DNA of 64,000 nucleotides from a virus: IMG/VR virus record IMGVR_UViG_3300009163_000019; one strand, written 5' to 3'. This document shows positions 47,727 to 59,097 of this stretch, piece by piece; the first letter of the stretch is position 1; each line of letters begins with the position of its first letter. Below the pieces are notes generated by a model, which did no database searches, was not told where the DNA came from, and saw only the letters and a list, made by a program, of their open reading frames with translations. The translations under genes and the position numbers were made by a program.

Positions 47727-49034
47727 ATGAAACAGTTTTGTGTAATATCATGTCCAATAGATACCTATTCAGGTTATGGCGCTAGAAGTAGAGATTTTGT
47801 AAAAGCAATATATGAACTTAAAAAAGATGAATATGAGTTCTGTATCGTTAGTCAAAGATGGGGACAAACTCCATGGGGATATATAAAAGATAACATAGAA
47901 GAGTGGGATTGGGTTTCCCCTTTAATTAGTAAAGATGGGCAACTTAACAGGCAACCTGAAATATGGATACAAATTACTGTTCCTAATGAATTTCAACCAA
48001 TAGCTACTAAATGTAATATTGGAGTTACAGCAGGTATAGAAACAACTCTTTGTGACGCTAGTTGGATTCAAGGTGTTAATAGAATGGATATTACATTAGT
48101 ATCATCTGAACATGCTAAAAAAGTATTTCAACAATCAACATTTGAAAAAAGAGATGATAAAAATAATGTTATAGAAAGAATTAAATTAGAAAAACCTGTA
48201 GAGGTTTTATTTGAGGGATTGGATCTAAATAAATACTTCTATATTCCTGATGAAGAGTTAGAGGAGACGGATTTAGTTTTAGAATTAGATGAAATAAAAG
48301 AAGATTTTTGTTTTCTATTTGTAGGACACTGGATGCAAGGTGAAATTGGAGAAGATAGAAAAAATGTAGGTCTGATGATTAAAACTTTTTTTGAAACTTT
48401 TAAAGACAAGAAAAATAAACCAGGACTAATATTAAAAACTTCTTCTTTTGGATCTAGTATTATGGATAGAGAAGAAATATTAAATAGAATTAATATTGTA
48501 AGATCTACTGTAGATGGAAAACACCTTCCAAATGTATATTTGCTACATGGTGAATTAGATGACAAAGATATAAACGATCTATACAATCATAATAAAGTAA
48601 AAGCCATGATTAATATAACAAAAGGAGAAGGTTTTGGTAGGCCTCTATTAGAATTCACAACTTCAAAGAAACCCATTATAACATCAGGTTGGTCAGGACA
48701 AATTGATTTTTTAAATCCAGAATTTTCATTATTACTTTCTGGAGAATTAAAGCCAGTGCATCCTTCCGCACAAGTACCTAATATGATTTTAGGAGATTCT
48801 CAATGGTTTAGTCCAAATATTTCTGAAGTAACCCACTATTTAAAAGAGGTATTTGAAAAATATGAGAAATTTGAAGAAGGCGCAAAAAGGCAAGCTCAAA
48901 TATCTAAGACTAAATTTAGTTTTGAAGAAATGAAAAAAGTATTACTTACTTATTTAGATAAAATACCTAAAAATATACCTTTAAAACTTCCTCAATTAAA
49001 AAAAATAGAATTACCAAAATTAAGTAAGGCATGA
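47727..49034 (+). CDS. Glycosyltransferase (GT-B, GT4-like)
   Basis: SGYG..SR, DRKN, GEGFGRPLLE. Confidence 0.85.
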   Translation: MKQFCVISCPIDTYSGYGARSRDFVKAIYELKKDEYEFCIVSQRWGQTPWGYIKDNIEEWDWVSPLISKDGQLNRQPEIWIQITVPNEFQPIATKCNIGVTAGIETTLCDASWIQGVNRMDITLVSSEHAKKVFQQSTFEKRDDKNNVIERIKLEKPVEVLFEGLDLNKYFYIPDEELEETDLVLELDEIKEDFCFLFVGHWMQGEIGEDRKNVGLMIKTFFETFKDKKNKPGLILKTSSFGSSIMDREEILNRINIVRSTVDGKHLPNVYLLHGELDDKDINDLYNHNKVKAMINITKGEGFGRPLLEFTTSKKPIITSGWSGQIDFLNPEFSLLLSGELKPVHPSAQVPNMILGDSQWFSPNISEVTHYLKEVFEKYEKFEEGAKRQAQISKTKFSFEEMKKVLLTYLDKIPKNIPLKLPQLKKIELPKLSKA

Positions 49035-49387
49035 CAAGTTCAGAATTTGTTTATTGGGTAAAAGGATACCTAGCAGCTCAGACGGATAGTCAATTTAAAA
49101 TAGATATTGAAAAGGCATTAGATCAAGTAAAAGATTATGATGATAATCCTGATATTTGGGAAACAGAAGACTGGAATGATTGGTATAATAATGAAACACC
49201 ATTAACAGGAACAATATCAGGTTCAGGAACAATAGGATGTACTACTAACGATTCAAGTAGATATACTACCACTGTATGGAATGATAAAATGGGTTGTTGG
49301 CACTATACAAATTATCCTGAAGGATTTGGGTATTACGTAAATAGCACAGCAGAAAATAAAAAAGAAAAACAACAATTAAATGATTGA
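49031..49387 (+). CDS. Hypothetical protein
   Basis: 118 aa; N-terminal MT..EF.YW.KGY. Confidence 0.45.
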   Translation: MTSSEFVYWVKGYLAAQTDSQFKIDIEKALDQVKDYDDNPDIWETEDWNDWYNNETPLTGTISGSGTIGCTTNDSSRYTTTVWNDKMGCWHYTNYPEGFGYYVNSTAENKKEKQQLND

Positions 49388-49823
49388 CAAGTTAATAACA
49401 TGTGATAAATGTAAAGCAGAAGTTTCTTGCTACGCAACTCCGATTAATGAATTTCATAATTCATATACATGTTTAAATTGTGGTTTTCATACCAATGATT
49501 TAATGGTAGAAGGAGAATTTAATTTTGAAGAATATGAAGCAGAACTTCCAGAACTCTATAAAGATATAAAATATAAAGATGAAAAAAATAGAGTGTGGTA
49601 TCCTCAAGTAATTAATGTAGAAGGTAAAGGAACAGTGTTTGTTAACGGAACATCAAAAGATGATTGGAAATGGAGTGGAATTAAAAGTGTGTCATTAACA
49701 CAAGAAGAAAAACAAAGCGGAAGATTCAAAGATAAAGAGTATAAATCAGATTCAAAAACTTTAGAAAATTTTGGAGACAATTATTATGATGCCTGCGACT
49801 ATGTAGGATTTTTTGATATATAA
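49380..49823 (+). CDS. Hypothetical Zn-binding protein
   Basis: CDKC...CLNC. Confidence 0.5.
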   Translation: MIDKLITCDKCKAEVSCYATPINEFHNSYTCLNCGFHTNDLMVEGEFNFEEYEAELPELYKDIKYKDEKNRVWYPQVINVEGKGTVFVNGTSKDDWKWSGIKSVSLTQEEKQSGRFKDKEYKSDSKTLENFGDNYYDACDYVGFFDI

Positions 49824-49832
49824 AATAGAGTT

Positions 49833-50450
49833 ATGACAATAAGTTATGCAATACCAGTTTGTAATGAACATGAAGAATTAGATAGACTATTAAATCTTTT
49901 AATAAAAAATAAAAGACCAGAAGATGAAATAGTAGTTCAAGCAGATTTAGGAAATGCGACAAAAGAAGTCTATAGTGTAATAGATAAATTTATACAAAGT
50001 ATTAAATTAGTAGAGTTTCCATTAAAAGCAGATTTTGCTACATTTAAAAACAATCTAAAAAAGAATTGCTCAGGAGACTGGATATTTCAAATCGATGCAG
50101 ATGAATACTTAAGTTATCAATTAATACATGACTTGCATTTAATACTGCAACAAAATCCTGAAATTGATGTATTTTTATTAGCTAGGATAAATACTGTTGA
50201 AGGATTAACTCAACAACATGTAAATACTTGGAGATGGAATGTAAATGAAAAAGGCCGGGTAAATTTCCCAGATTTTCAAACAAGAATATTACAGAATTCT
50301 CCTAAAATAAACTGGGTTAATAAAGTTCATGAAGTATTAACTGGACATAATTCATATTCTTTTTTCCCATTAGAAGATGAATATTGTTTGATTCATCCAA
50401 AAACAATAGAGAGACAAGAAAAACAAAATACATTTTATAATTTAATTTAG
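49833..50450 (+). CDS. Glycosyltransferase family 2
   Basis: ISYAI.V.NE, IDADE, PD.Q.R, VHE. Confidence 0.85.
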   Translation: MTISYAIPVCNEHEELDRLLNLLIKNKRPEDEIVVQADLGNATKEVYSVIDKFIQSIKLVEFPLKADFATFKNNLKKNCSGDWIFQIDADEYLSYQLIHDLHLILQQNPEIDVFLLARINTVEGLTQQHVNTWRWNVNEKGRVNFPDFQTRILQNSPKINWVNKVHEVLTGHNSYSFFPLEDEYCLIHPKTIERQEKQNTFYNLI

Positions 50451-50452
50451 TT

Positions 50453-51817
50453 ATGAAAGAAGCATATCAAGATTTAGAAGGTTATAAAAATAGTTTAGTT
50501 ACCGAGAAACAAATTTTAGAATTAGTAGATAAATTTATAAAGCAAAAGCATAGTAGAAAATCTTGGGAAGCTGGTAAAGATTGGGTACAATATGCTGGCC
50601 CTTATTTTTCCTCAGATGAGTATGTAGCTGCTGTTAAAAGTTTATTAACTGAGTGGTTAGTATTAGGAGCAGAAGCAAATAAATTTGAAACTAAATTTCC
50701 TAAAAAGTTTGGTAAAACTTTTGGTCTATTAGCAAATTCTGGATCTAGTGCTAATTTACTTATGATGTTAGCATTAACATCTAAAAGAGGGCATAATCTT
50801 CCTAAAGGAACAAAAGTAATTACTCCTATTGCAGGATTTCCAACAACAATTAATCCTATATTGCAAGTAGGATTTACTCCGGTATTTGTAGATATAGAAC
50901 TTAAAACTCTTAATCTAGATTTAGATCAAGTAGAAAAAGTTTGTATTGATAATCCTGATGCTAAGATTATTACCTTTGCTCATGTACTTGGAAATCCTCC
51001 TAATATGAATAGATTAATGGAGATAGTTGAAAAGTATAAATTAATATTATTAGAAGATTGTTGCGATGCCTTAGGATCTACGTATGAAGGGAAACCTTTA
51101 GGATCTTACGGAGAATTAGCAAGTTGCTCATTTTATCCAGCGCATCATATGACTATGGCAGAAGGAGGATTTGTTGCTTGTAAAGATGAAAATACAGAAA
51201 AGATTATTAGAAGTTTTAGAGAGTGGGGTCGTGGTTGTTATTGCATTGGTAAACAAAACTTATTAGAAAAAGGATCATGCGGTTGTAGATTCAATACATG
51301 GCTACCATCACTACCTAATGATTTGTTCGACCATAAATATGTCTATGAAGAGATTGGCTATAATTTGAAACCCATTGAGCTTCAGGCAGCAATTGGATTA
51401 GTACAAATGGAAAAACTTGATGAGATTGGTAGACTTCGTAAAGAAAATTATAAAAATCTATTTAGTGCATTTAAAAAGTACGAACAATACTTTCATTTAC
51501 ATGAAGCACAACCAGGAGCAGATGTAGATTGGTTCGCATTTCCTGTAACACTTAAAGATGATGCACCTTTTAAGAGATCTGATATTTGTCAATTTTTTGA
51601 AGCAAATAAAATACAAACAAGACCATATTTTGCAGGAAATATTATGCTACAACCAGCGTATGAAGGTTTAATGGATCCAGTAGAAGTTGTTACTAAATTT
51701 CCAATTGCAAGGAAAGTAACCACAGATACATTTTTTCTAGGAACATCACCAGTAATTAATAAACAAAAAACAGATTATATAGAATCAATTTTAGACAATT
51801 ATATAAATACACTATGA
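50453..51817 (+). CDS. rfbH: NDP-4-keto-6-deoxyhexose 3-dehydratase (E1, RfbH/DdhC)
   Basis: NSGSSANL, EDCCDALG, SFYPAHH (His in place of the Schiff-base Lys), WGRGCYC...CGCRF Fe-S cysteines. Confidence 0.9.
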   Translation: MKEAYQDLEGYKNSLVTEKQILELVDKFIKQKHSRKSWEAGKDWVQYAGPYFSSDEYVAAVKSLLTEWLVLGAEANKFETKFPKKFGKTFGLLANSGSSANLLMMLALTSKRGHNLPKGTKVITPIAGFPTTINPILQVGFTPVFVDIELKTLNLDLDQVEKVCIDNPDAKIITFAHVLGNPPNMNRLMEIVEKYKLILLEDCCDALGSTYEGKPLGSYGELASCSFYPAHHMTMAEGGFVACKDENTEKIIRSFREWGRGCYCIGKQNLLEKGSCGCRFNTWLPSLPNDLFDHKYVYEEIGYNLKPIELQAAIGLVQMEKLDEIGRLRKENYKNLFSAFKKYEQYFHLHEAQPGADVDWFAFPVTLKDDAPFKRSDICQFFEANKIQTRPYFAGNIMLQPAYEGLMDPVEVVTKFPIARKVTTDTFFLGTSPVINKQKTDYIESILDNYINTL

Positions 51818-52791
51818 GTAAAAAAAGAGCATTAATAACAGGAATCAATGGAATGGATGGTTCACATCTAGCAGACTTTTTATTAGCAAGAGGAGACTAT
51901 GAAGTATTTGGTCTTGAAAGAAGGAAAGCAACGTACTATTCACCAAATATTTCACATTTAGCCGGTAAAATCACGCTCTTAAAAGGAGATCTTTCTGATC
52001 AAAATTCTTTATTAAGAGCAATAAAAGAATGTGAACCTCATGAAGTTTATAATTTAGGAGCTCAATCATTTGTTGGAGAAAGCTGGGCAATGCCAGAACA
52101 AACATCTGATATTACTGGTTTAGGTGCATTAAGAGTACTTGAGGCAATTCGAGAGAATGGTAATAAAGAGATTAAATTTTATCAAGCATCATCTTCTGAG
52201 ATGTTAGGTAAAAAAGGTGGAGTTGCAAATGAAGAAACTACATTTTATCCGTGCTCTCCTTATGGAGTATCTAAACTATATGCTCATTGGATTACTAAAA
52301 ATTATAGGGAGTCTCATGGCATGTTTGCCGTAAGTGGTATATTATTTAATCACGAATCAGAAAGAAGAGGACATGAATTTGTTACTCGTAAAATTTCTGA
52401 TGGTGTAGCTAAAATTCATTTAGGTTTAGCAGACTATATTTCATTAGGTAATTTAGATGCTTCTAGAGATTGGGGATATGCGCCTGATTATGTAGAAGGG
52501 ATGTGGATGATGATGCAACAAGAAAAATCAGATGACTATGTTTTAGCAACAGGAGAAACACATTCAATTAGAGATTTTTTAGATAATGCATTTAATTATG
52601 TAGGTATACAAGACTGGTCTAAATATATTAAAACAGATCCTAAATTCCTTAGACCAGTAGAAGTAAGTTATCTTTTAGGAGACGCAAGTAAAGCTAAAAA
52701 TGTTTTAGGTTGGAAACCAAAAACACCTTTTAAAGATCTAGTAAATATTATGGTAAAAAACGATATTAAATTATTAACTCAAAATAAATAA
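51814..52791 (+). CDS. gmd: GDP-mannose 4,6-dehydratase
   Basis: ALITGI.G.DG, YNL.AQS.V, YQASSSE, SPYG.SK, NHES.RRG..FVTRK, RDWG. Confidence 0.93.
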   Translation: MSKKRALITGINGMDGSHLADFLLARGDYEVFGLERRKATYYSPNISHLAGKITLLKGDLSDQNSLLRAIKECEPHEVYNLGAQSFVGESWAMPEQTSDITGLGALRVLEAIRENGNKEIKFYQASSSEMLGKKGGVANEETTFYPCSPYGVSKLYAHWITKNYRESHGMFAVSGILFNHESERRGHEFVTRKISDGVAKIHLGLADYISLGNLDASRDWGYAPDYVEGMWMMMQQEKSDDYVLATGETHSIRDFLDNAFNYVGIQDWSKYIKTDPKFLRPVEVSYLLGDASKAKNVLGWKPKTPFKDLVNIMVKNDIKLLTQNK

Positions 52792-52797
52792 ATCAAA

Positions 52798-54021
52798 ATG
52801 AAAGTTGTAACATTAGGAGATCACTATGTATCCGATTTTATTAAATCAGAATCTGATTATCAAGGAAGAAAAAAGTATAGTTTAGATTTAGTATTAAATG
52901 AAGAAATAGGTGCGCCGCATCTTACTGAAATACCACCTTCAGAAACAATGTGGGGACAATATTGGTATCGTTCTGGAATTAATGCTACAATGACTAAAGA
53001 ACTTGGAAACATTGTTGAAGAAATTAAATCAAGAATTAAATATAAAGAAGGTGATGTTTGGTTAGATATTGCATGCAATGATGGAACTTTACTTAAACAA
53101 GTACCTAATGAGTTTATCAAATTAGGTATAGATCCAGCAGACGATACATTTGTTGCAGAATCATCTAAAGTAGCTAACTCTATTATACAAGATTACTTTA
53201 GTTACGACGCGTATAAAAAAACAGGATGTGGAGATAAAAAAGCAAAAGTAATAACTACAATTGCTATGTTCTACGATTTATTAGATCCTAATCCATTTAT
53301 TAAAGATGTTATTAAAGTATTAGACGATAACGGAATATGGGTATTGCAATTGTCTTATACTCCCTTAATGATTAAACAATTAGCGTTTGATAATATTTGT
53401 CACGAGCACGCTTACTATCATTCAATGGAATCATTTAAAAAATTATTTCAACAACATGATCTAAAAATTGTAGATTGTAGTTTGAATGATGTAAATGGTG
53501 GTAGTTTTAGAGTTTATGTCCAAAAGAATATAGCAGATGTAACTTCATTTGGAACTAGTCCATTAAGAGACGTTTGTAATTTTAGAGTTCAATCACTACT
53601 TGATTACGAGAATGCTCATTTTAATATGAACGACATTAAGGTTTGGGAAAAATTCCAATCTGATATTGAAGAATTAAGAGAAAAAACTGTTGCCTTTATT
53701 AAGGAAGAAAAAGCCAAAGGTAAAGTTATTTGCGGATATGGTGCTTCAACCAAAGGAAATACTCTATTACAATGGTTTGGTTTAGATCATACTTTGATTG
53801 ATGCTATTGCTGAACGTTCTCCTTATAAATTCGGTTTAAAAACAATTGGAACTAACATTCCTATTATCTCAGAAGAAGAAATGAGAAAATTAAATCCTGA
53901 TTATATGTTAGTATTACCTTGGCATTTCATAGCTGAATTTATTCAAAGAGAAGACGAATATCTAAGTAATGGAGGAAAGTTTATTGTACCATGTCCTAAA
54001 TTTGAAATAATAGGAAAATAA
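52798..54021 (+). CDS. NDP-hexose C-methyltransferase
   Basis: LDIACNDG.LL, FD.ICHEH..Y, NGGS, YGA..KGNTLL. Confidence 0.88.
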   Translation: MKVVTLGDHYVSDFIKSESDYQGRKKYSLDLVLNEEIGAPHLTEIPPSETMWGQYWYRSGINATMTKELGNIVEEIKSRIKYKEGDVWLDIACNDGTLLKQVPNEFIKLGIDPADDTFVAESSKVANSIIQDYFSYDAYKKTGCGDKKAKVITTIAMFYDLLDPNPFIKDVIKVLDDNGIWVLQLSYTPLMIKQLAFDNICHEHAYYHSMESFKKLFQQHDLKIVDCSLNDVNGGSFRVYVQKNIADVTSFGTSPLRDVCNFRVQSLLDYENAHFNMNDIKVWEKFQSDIEELREKTVAFIKEEKAKGKVICGYGASTKGNTLLQWFGLDHTLIDAIAERSPYKFGLKTIGTNIPIISEEEMRKLNPDYMLVLPWHFIAEFIQREDEYLSNGGKFIVPCPKFEIIGK

Positions 54022-55550
54022 TGAAGATATATTTTATTAATAGCAAGAAAAAAAATTGCGGAGTATATCAGTATGGTCTTAGAATATGGGACTCTGTAAA
54101 AGATTCTAATTTAGATATTGAATATTTTGAAATAGAAAATATTGAAGAATTTAATAAATTAGATTTCAATGGAGTAGATATTATATTTTTTAATTGGATA
54201 GAAGGTGGATCTACAGGACCATTTGGATGGTACAATTATGTTGTAGCATTAGAATTAAAAGCTAAATATAATATAACTACAGTAACAGTAATGCACACTC
54301 CTGATTTTAGTAGTACTGTTTTTGACTATTATATAGATCAAAATACTGTTAATAGTGGTTTTATTAGGCCTCTATATAATTATGATATTTCAAAACCTAA
54401 ACTTAAAAATGATATTGTTAATATAGGATCTTTTGGATTTGCAGGAGATCACAAAGGTTTTGATGATATAGTGGCAATGGTTAATGAACAATACGATCAA
54501 GCACAAATTAATTTACATATAACTAATGCACATTACGGTGACGCAGAAGGTATACATCAACATAGAATAATAGATAAAATACAGGCTATAGAAAGAAAAC
54601 CTGAAATTAAATTAAATATTACTAGTGAATTTCTTACTAATGAACAAATATTAGATTTTGTTTATAAAAATGATATCATCATACTAGGATATAAAGGAAC
54701 TAGAGATATATCAGGAGTTCCAGACTATGCCATATCTGCAAATACACCAATTGGAGTTACTAGCGTAGGAAGTTTTAATCATGTATATAAAGAAGATATA
54801 GATATCTCTTTGCATACAATACCAGAAATATTAGAGTATAATCTAAAAAACAATTATCCAGAGGTTTTAAGAAAAGAATGGTCTAGAGAAAATATGATTT
54901 CTTGTTTTGAAAATCTTATGAAACTAATATATGAAAATATGGAATTAAAATCTTATTCTCAAGTTTGTCAAGATCAATTTGCTCTAAAATTAATTGGCAA
55001 GAATGGATATTTTTTAGATCTAGGAGCTGGATGGGATCCTTCATTAGTAAATAGTAATACTTTACTATTAGAAGAAAATGGTTGGAATGGAGTGTGTATA
55101 GAAGGAAATCCACAGTCTGCTGAAAGACGTAGAGAAGCTGCTATAAGAGCAGAAGTACTTTGCGTATATGTTCCTCAAACAACAATATCAGAAATATTAA
55201 AATCTGTAAATGCACCTAAAGTTATAGATTATGTTTCTTTAGATATAGAACCTATGACAATAATAGGATTAGAAAATTTTCCTTTTGATGAATATGAATT
55301 TAAAGTATTAACTTTTGAACACGATTTTTATGTTCATGGACCTAAACAAAAAGATGATGCTCATGAAATATTAACTAAACAAGGATACATTAGATTATGT
55401 AATAATGTAAATATTCCTGAAGAGGGTGGATTAGGTTTATATTTTGAGGATTGGTATATTAATCCAAAATATTTTTCTAAAGAATTCATTGAGCAAAATA
55501 CATTCAGTGAAATTTTAGGTCCTAGTGTTATAAAAAAATTAAAAAAATGA
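54021..55550 (+). CDS. Glycosyltransferase-like domain fused to FkbM-like methyltransferase
   Basis: N-terminal CGVYQYG and FGF....KGF; C-terminal SQ..QD, FLDLGA, SNT..LE..GW.G, SLDIE. Confidence 0.7.
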   Translation: MKIYFINSKKKNCGVYQYGLRIWDSVKDSNLDIEYFEIENIEEFNKLDFNGVDIIFFNWIEGGSTGPFGWYNYVVALELKAKYNITTVTVMHTPDFSSTVFDYYIDQNTVNSGFIRPLYNYDISKPKLKNDIVNIGSFGFAGDHKGFDDIVAMVNEQYDQAQINLHITNAHYGDAEGIHQHRIIDKIQAIERKPEIKLNITSEFLTNEQILDFVYKNDIIILGYKGTRDISGVPDYAISANTPIGVTSVGSFNHVYKEDIDISLHTIPEILEYNLKNNYPEVLRKEWSRENMISCFENLMKLIYENMELKSYSQVCQDQFALKLIGKNGYFLDLGAGWDPSLVNSNTLLLEENGWNGVCIEGNPQSAERRREAAIRAEVLCVYVPQTTISEILKSVNAPKVIDYVSLDIEPMTIIGLENFPFDEYEFKVLTFEHDFYVHGPKQKDDAHEILTKQGYIRLCNNVNIPEEGGLGLYFEDWYINPKYFSKEFIEQNTFSEILGPSVIKKLKK

Positions 55551-56206
55551 TACATTCAAATTCAGAAGCAGATACTCCTAATTTAGCATTTGATGCATTA
55601 TACGAAAATTTTTTAAAAAAAATAGATGAAAATATTTCTTCACATGAATTAGTAGTTGTTGATGTTGGTGCTGGACCTCCTTTTGATTATTCAAATATGA
55701 AAATTTTTAGAGAAATGGGAGCTAAAGTAGTTTGTATAGATCCTATGCCTAGTCATATAAAAATGTTTGAAAGTGTAGGACTCCCTATTTTACAATATGC
55801 AGTAATAGAAGACGATTCATTATCAGAAGTTTTATTTAGAGAATTTCCTAACTCAGGACATCGTGGATTAGCTGGATCTACAATAGCTTCTGTATCAGAT
55901 TCACTTAAAGGATGCGAGCCACATTTAGGAGATCCGGTTCATTACATGGTCCCAGCTAAATCTTTAACCTCTATACTAAAACAACATCACCCAGAAATTA
56001 CTGACATAGACGTATTAGATATAGATACTGAAGGAAATGAAATTGGGATATTAAAAGGATTGGATTTAAATTATTATAAACCAAAAGTATTAATAATTGA
56101 AAACATATATGTAGAAACTAGTGGTTATGATGATTATTATAAATCAATAGGATACACTAAATATGCTAGATGTACACATAATGATATTGTTATAAGAAAT
56201 ATATAA
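55547..56206 (+). CDS. FkbM-family methyltransferase
   Basis: VDVGA, LDIDTEG.E..IL.G, IIE. Confidence 0.8.
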   Translation: MIHSNSEADTPNLAFDALYENFLKKIDENISSHELVVVDVGAGPPFDYSNMKIFREMGAKVVCIDPMPSHIKMFESVGLPILQYAVIEDDSLSEVLFREFPNSGHRGLAGSTIASVSDSLKGCEPHLGDPVHYMVPAKSLTSILKQHHPEITDIDVLDIDTEGNEIGILKGLDLNYYKPKVLIIENIYVETSGYDDYYKSIGYTKYARCTHNDIVIRNI

Positions 56207-56207
56207 T

Positions 56208-56459
56208 ATGGAAACTATAGGTAACTTAATTGATAAATTGACAATTGCTAATATTCGTATTTGGATGGCAGAAGATATTAAAAGAGATAAGAATGCCACT
56301 GATAAACAAATAGCTGATGCTACTAAAATTACTAATACAGCAAATTCGTATAGGACAGATCTAATACAGGAAATAGATGAGACTATAAATGAAATGATTA
56401 GCACAGGAAAATTACAAAAATTATATAAACAAGGATCAAGTAAGATGTATGGTAAATAA
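56208..56459 (+). CDS. Small helical protein (DUF4254-like)
   Basis: ET.G.LIDKL.I..IR.W ... N..R..LI.EID. Confidence 0.55.
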   Translation: METIGNLIDKLTIANIRIWMAEDIKRDKNATDKQIADATKITNTANSYRTDLIQEIDETINEMISTGKLQKLYKQGSSKMYGK

Positions 56460-57249
56460 TTTTTTAATGGGAGGTAAGTTAGGGGATTTTTTACATGCAA
56501 TGTTTGCAGTAAAGCATATCTGTAAAGAACAGAATATAAAAGCTAACATCTATATGTATGATATAGGTTGGGAATTTGGTATAAATAACACCTACTCAGA
56601 ACTTAAAACTATAATGTTAAATCAAGATTATGTAAATTCATTTAATATATTAGAAAATTACGAATTAGATCAAGAACAAACATCAGAAAAAAATAGTCCT
56701 ATAAAAATATTTAATCCTGTTTTATTATCTGAGGGATATATTGATTTAGGGTCATATATAAGGTCTCCTTGGTTATATAAAACTTGCTGGTCAGAATTAT
56801 ATAGTAAAACATTTAATTTTTCTATTGGTAAAGATTACTCTTGGATAAAATATAATACTATAGATGAAAAATTTATAGGAAAAGTATTAATTCATAGGAG
56901 AAATAATCCTATTAGAATGAATAATAATTTTCCATATTTAGAAATATTAGAAAGATATAAAGACAATATTTTATTTATATCTTCAAGTGATAAAGACTAT
57001 GAAGTATTTCCATATAAAGAAAATATACCGTTTTTAAAAGTTAATACACTAGATCAATGGTTTACTGCAATTAATTCATGTTCTTTAATAATATCCAATT
57101 TATCTTCCCCAGCAGTTATGGCACATGCAATAGATAAATTAAGAATAATAGAACTTCCAAATGTTATAGATATAATTCATACTGTTGGAGAAGAGAAATA
57201 TTCTAAAAATATACACTGGTATTTAGATAATGATCATCATAATTTATAA
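56449..57249 (+). CDS. GT9-like glycosyltransferase / hypothetical
   Basis: N-terminal GKLGD; C-terminal I..C...I.N.S.P...A.A. Confidence 0.5.
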   Translation: MVNNFLMGGKLGDFLHAMFAVKHICKEQNIKANIYMYDIGWEFGINNTYSELKTIMLNQDYVNSFNILENYELDQEQTSEKNSPIKIFNPVLLSEGYIDLGSYIRSPWLYKTCWSELYSKTFNFSIGKDYSWIKYNTIDEKFIGKVLIHRRNNPIRMNNNFPYLEILERYKDNILFISSSDKDYEVFPYKENIPFLKVNTLDQWFTAINSCSLIISNLSSPAVMAHAIDKLRIIELPNVIDIIHTVGEEKYSKNIHWYLDNDHHNL

Positions 57250-57251
57250 AA

Positions 57252-58094
57252 ATGAAAAAATTTTTAATTAGTACGCATGGATTTAATATGGGAATTGGGG
57301 GTTTAAAAGTACTGCATAAACTATGCCATCTCTTAAATGAAAAAGGATACGATGCTTATTTAATACCATTAAATTTTAATGAACCTTTTGGCATTTATGA
57401 AAATTATAATGTTAAAATGGTTACCCAAGAAGTATTAGACAATTTAGAAAATGTAGTTGTCATATATCCTGAGAGTTGGTATGGAAATTATTTAAATGCA
57501 CCAAATGTTGTTAGGTGGATGATAGGACCTCCTAGCGAAGTCCATATAAATACCTGGTCAGATAAAGATTTATGGTTTTGGTATATTCCATATTATATTA
57601 CAGAAAAATATAATAAAAATAAAAATAATGTATTGTATATAGGAGAACAACATAGAGATATATTTTATGATCAAAAATTATATAGATCAGGATCTTGTTG
57701 GTCTTTACGTAAAGCACAAAATATAGTAAAGCCAGAAGATTATATACATCCACAAGATAGTACTTTTATACCGTATAATGCAGCAGGTGATTTAATAGGT
57801 CTATCAGATTTATTTAACTCAAAAGATACTTTTTATTGTTATGACAATTATACTTATATTAGCATACAGAGTTTAATGTGTAATACAGATACTGTTATAA
57901 TCCCCTCTAAAAAGACTAAACAAGAATTTCAAAATGGATATGAACTAAATAAATATTTAGCTTATGGTATAGATGATTTACCAAGAGCTAAAAGTATTAG
58001 AAATGAATTCTTTGATCATTTAAATAGGATAGAAGAAAATACAGAAAAACAATTAGATAAGTTTATAGAAATATGTTATGACTACTTTAAATGA
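57252..58094 (+). CDS. WavQ-like putative glycosyltransferase
   Basis: GG..VLH.LCH.LN..G.DA, IYPE...GN.L.A..VVRW. Confidence 0.55.
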   Translation: MKKFLISTHGFNMGIGGLKVLHKLCHLLNEKGYDAYLIPLNFNEPFGIYENYNVKMVTQEVLDNLENVVVIYPESWYGNYLNAPNVVRWMIGPPSEVHINTWSDKDLWFWYIPYYITEKYNKNKNNVLYIGEQHRDIFYDQKLYRSGSCWSLRKAQNIVKPEDYIHPQDSTFIPYNAAGDLIGLSDLFNSKDTFYCYDNYTYISIQSLMCNTDTVIIPSKKTKQEFQNGYELNKYLAYGIDDLPRAKSIRNEFFDHLNRIEENTEKQLDKFIEICYDYFK

Positions 58095-59097
58095 TTTTAG
58101 TTTTTTAATAGTTACATTAGCAAAAGATGTAGAGAGGCTTCATCTAGCGTATGAATCAATAAGATCCGCATATCCAGATAATGAGATCGTTATTGTTTAT
58201 GATAATATAAATGATATACAACTTAATAAAGAAGATAAAAATCTTATAGAAATATATACTGATAAGAGAGTCTATGTTAGTGGTGGTTATAATCTAGCGC
58301 TTAAACATAGTACTAAAAAATGTTTTGTATTATTCCACGATGATACTTTTTTAGCTAAAGGGTTTTTAGAAAATATAATACCGTATATATCAGAAAAAAC
58401 TTTTTGTAATTTTAGTACAGTAGAACCTCCAATATACAATGATCCTAATACATTTCAAAAACCAATAAAAGATTTTGGGAGGGATCCAAAGACATTTGAT
58501 CTCTATAAATTTAATGAGTTTTGTGAAGAGCATATAAAAAAATTACCTGCCCAAACTGCAGAGTCTCCATTTGGAGGTTTCTTTATGGCCGGATATAAAA
58601 GTTCTATGGAAAGTGTTGGAGGTTTTGATGAGTATTTTCAACCTTATTTTTATGAGGATTCTGATTTAATGATAAGACTTCATGAAGCAGGATATAATTT
58701 TATCCACGTATTTGGAAGTCTGGTATATCACATGGGTAGTTTAACTTCTAGAGCCGGCCAAGAAGGTATAGATGCATCAATAATAACTAGAAATTTATTT
58801 ATAAAAAAATGGAAAACTCCTTTTGAGTATATTAAACATTATACACTATCAAATGGAATACCATATAAAAAAATACCTGTACAAATTATATGTGAAAATT
58901 GTAAACCTGAATTATCAGAATATATAAGTTTAATAAGTGAATCAGGAAGTGATATTAAAATATTCTTTGATCAAAATAAATTAACTCAACAAGATTTTGA
59001 ATATTTGCAAGCACTTCCGTATATATTACAATCTATAGAAGAACCAGGTGATTATGAAATTGGATGTTTAAAAGTAAAATATAAAGTAAATGAATAA
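58078..59097 (+). CDS. Glycosyltransferase family 2
   Basis: HDD, GGFDE.F..Y.YED.DL..R, YH..S.T. Confidence 0.8.
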   Translation: MTTLNDFSFLIVTLAKDVERLHLAYESIRSAYPDNEIVIVYDNINDIQLNKEDKNLIEIYTDKRVYVSGGYNLALKHSTKKCFVLFHDDTFLAKGFLENIIPYISEKTFCNFSTVEPPIYNDPNTFQKPIKDFGRDPKTFDLYKFNEFCEEHIKKLPAQTAESPFGGFFMAGYKSSMESVGGFDEYFQPYFYEDSDLMIRLHEAGYNFIHVFGSLVYHMGSLTSRAGQEGIDASIITRNLFIKKWKTPFEYIKHYTLSNGIPYKKIPVQIICENCKPELSEYISLISESGSDIKIFFDQNKLTQQDFEYLQALPYILQSIEEPGDYEIGCLKVKYKVNE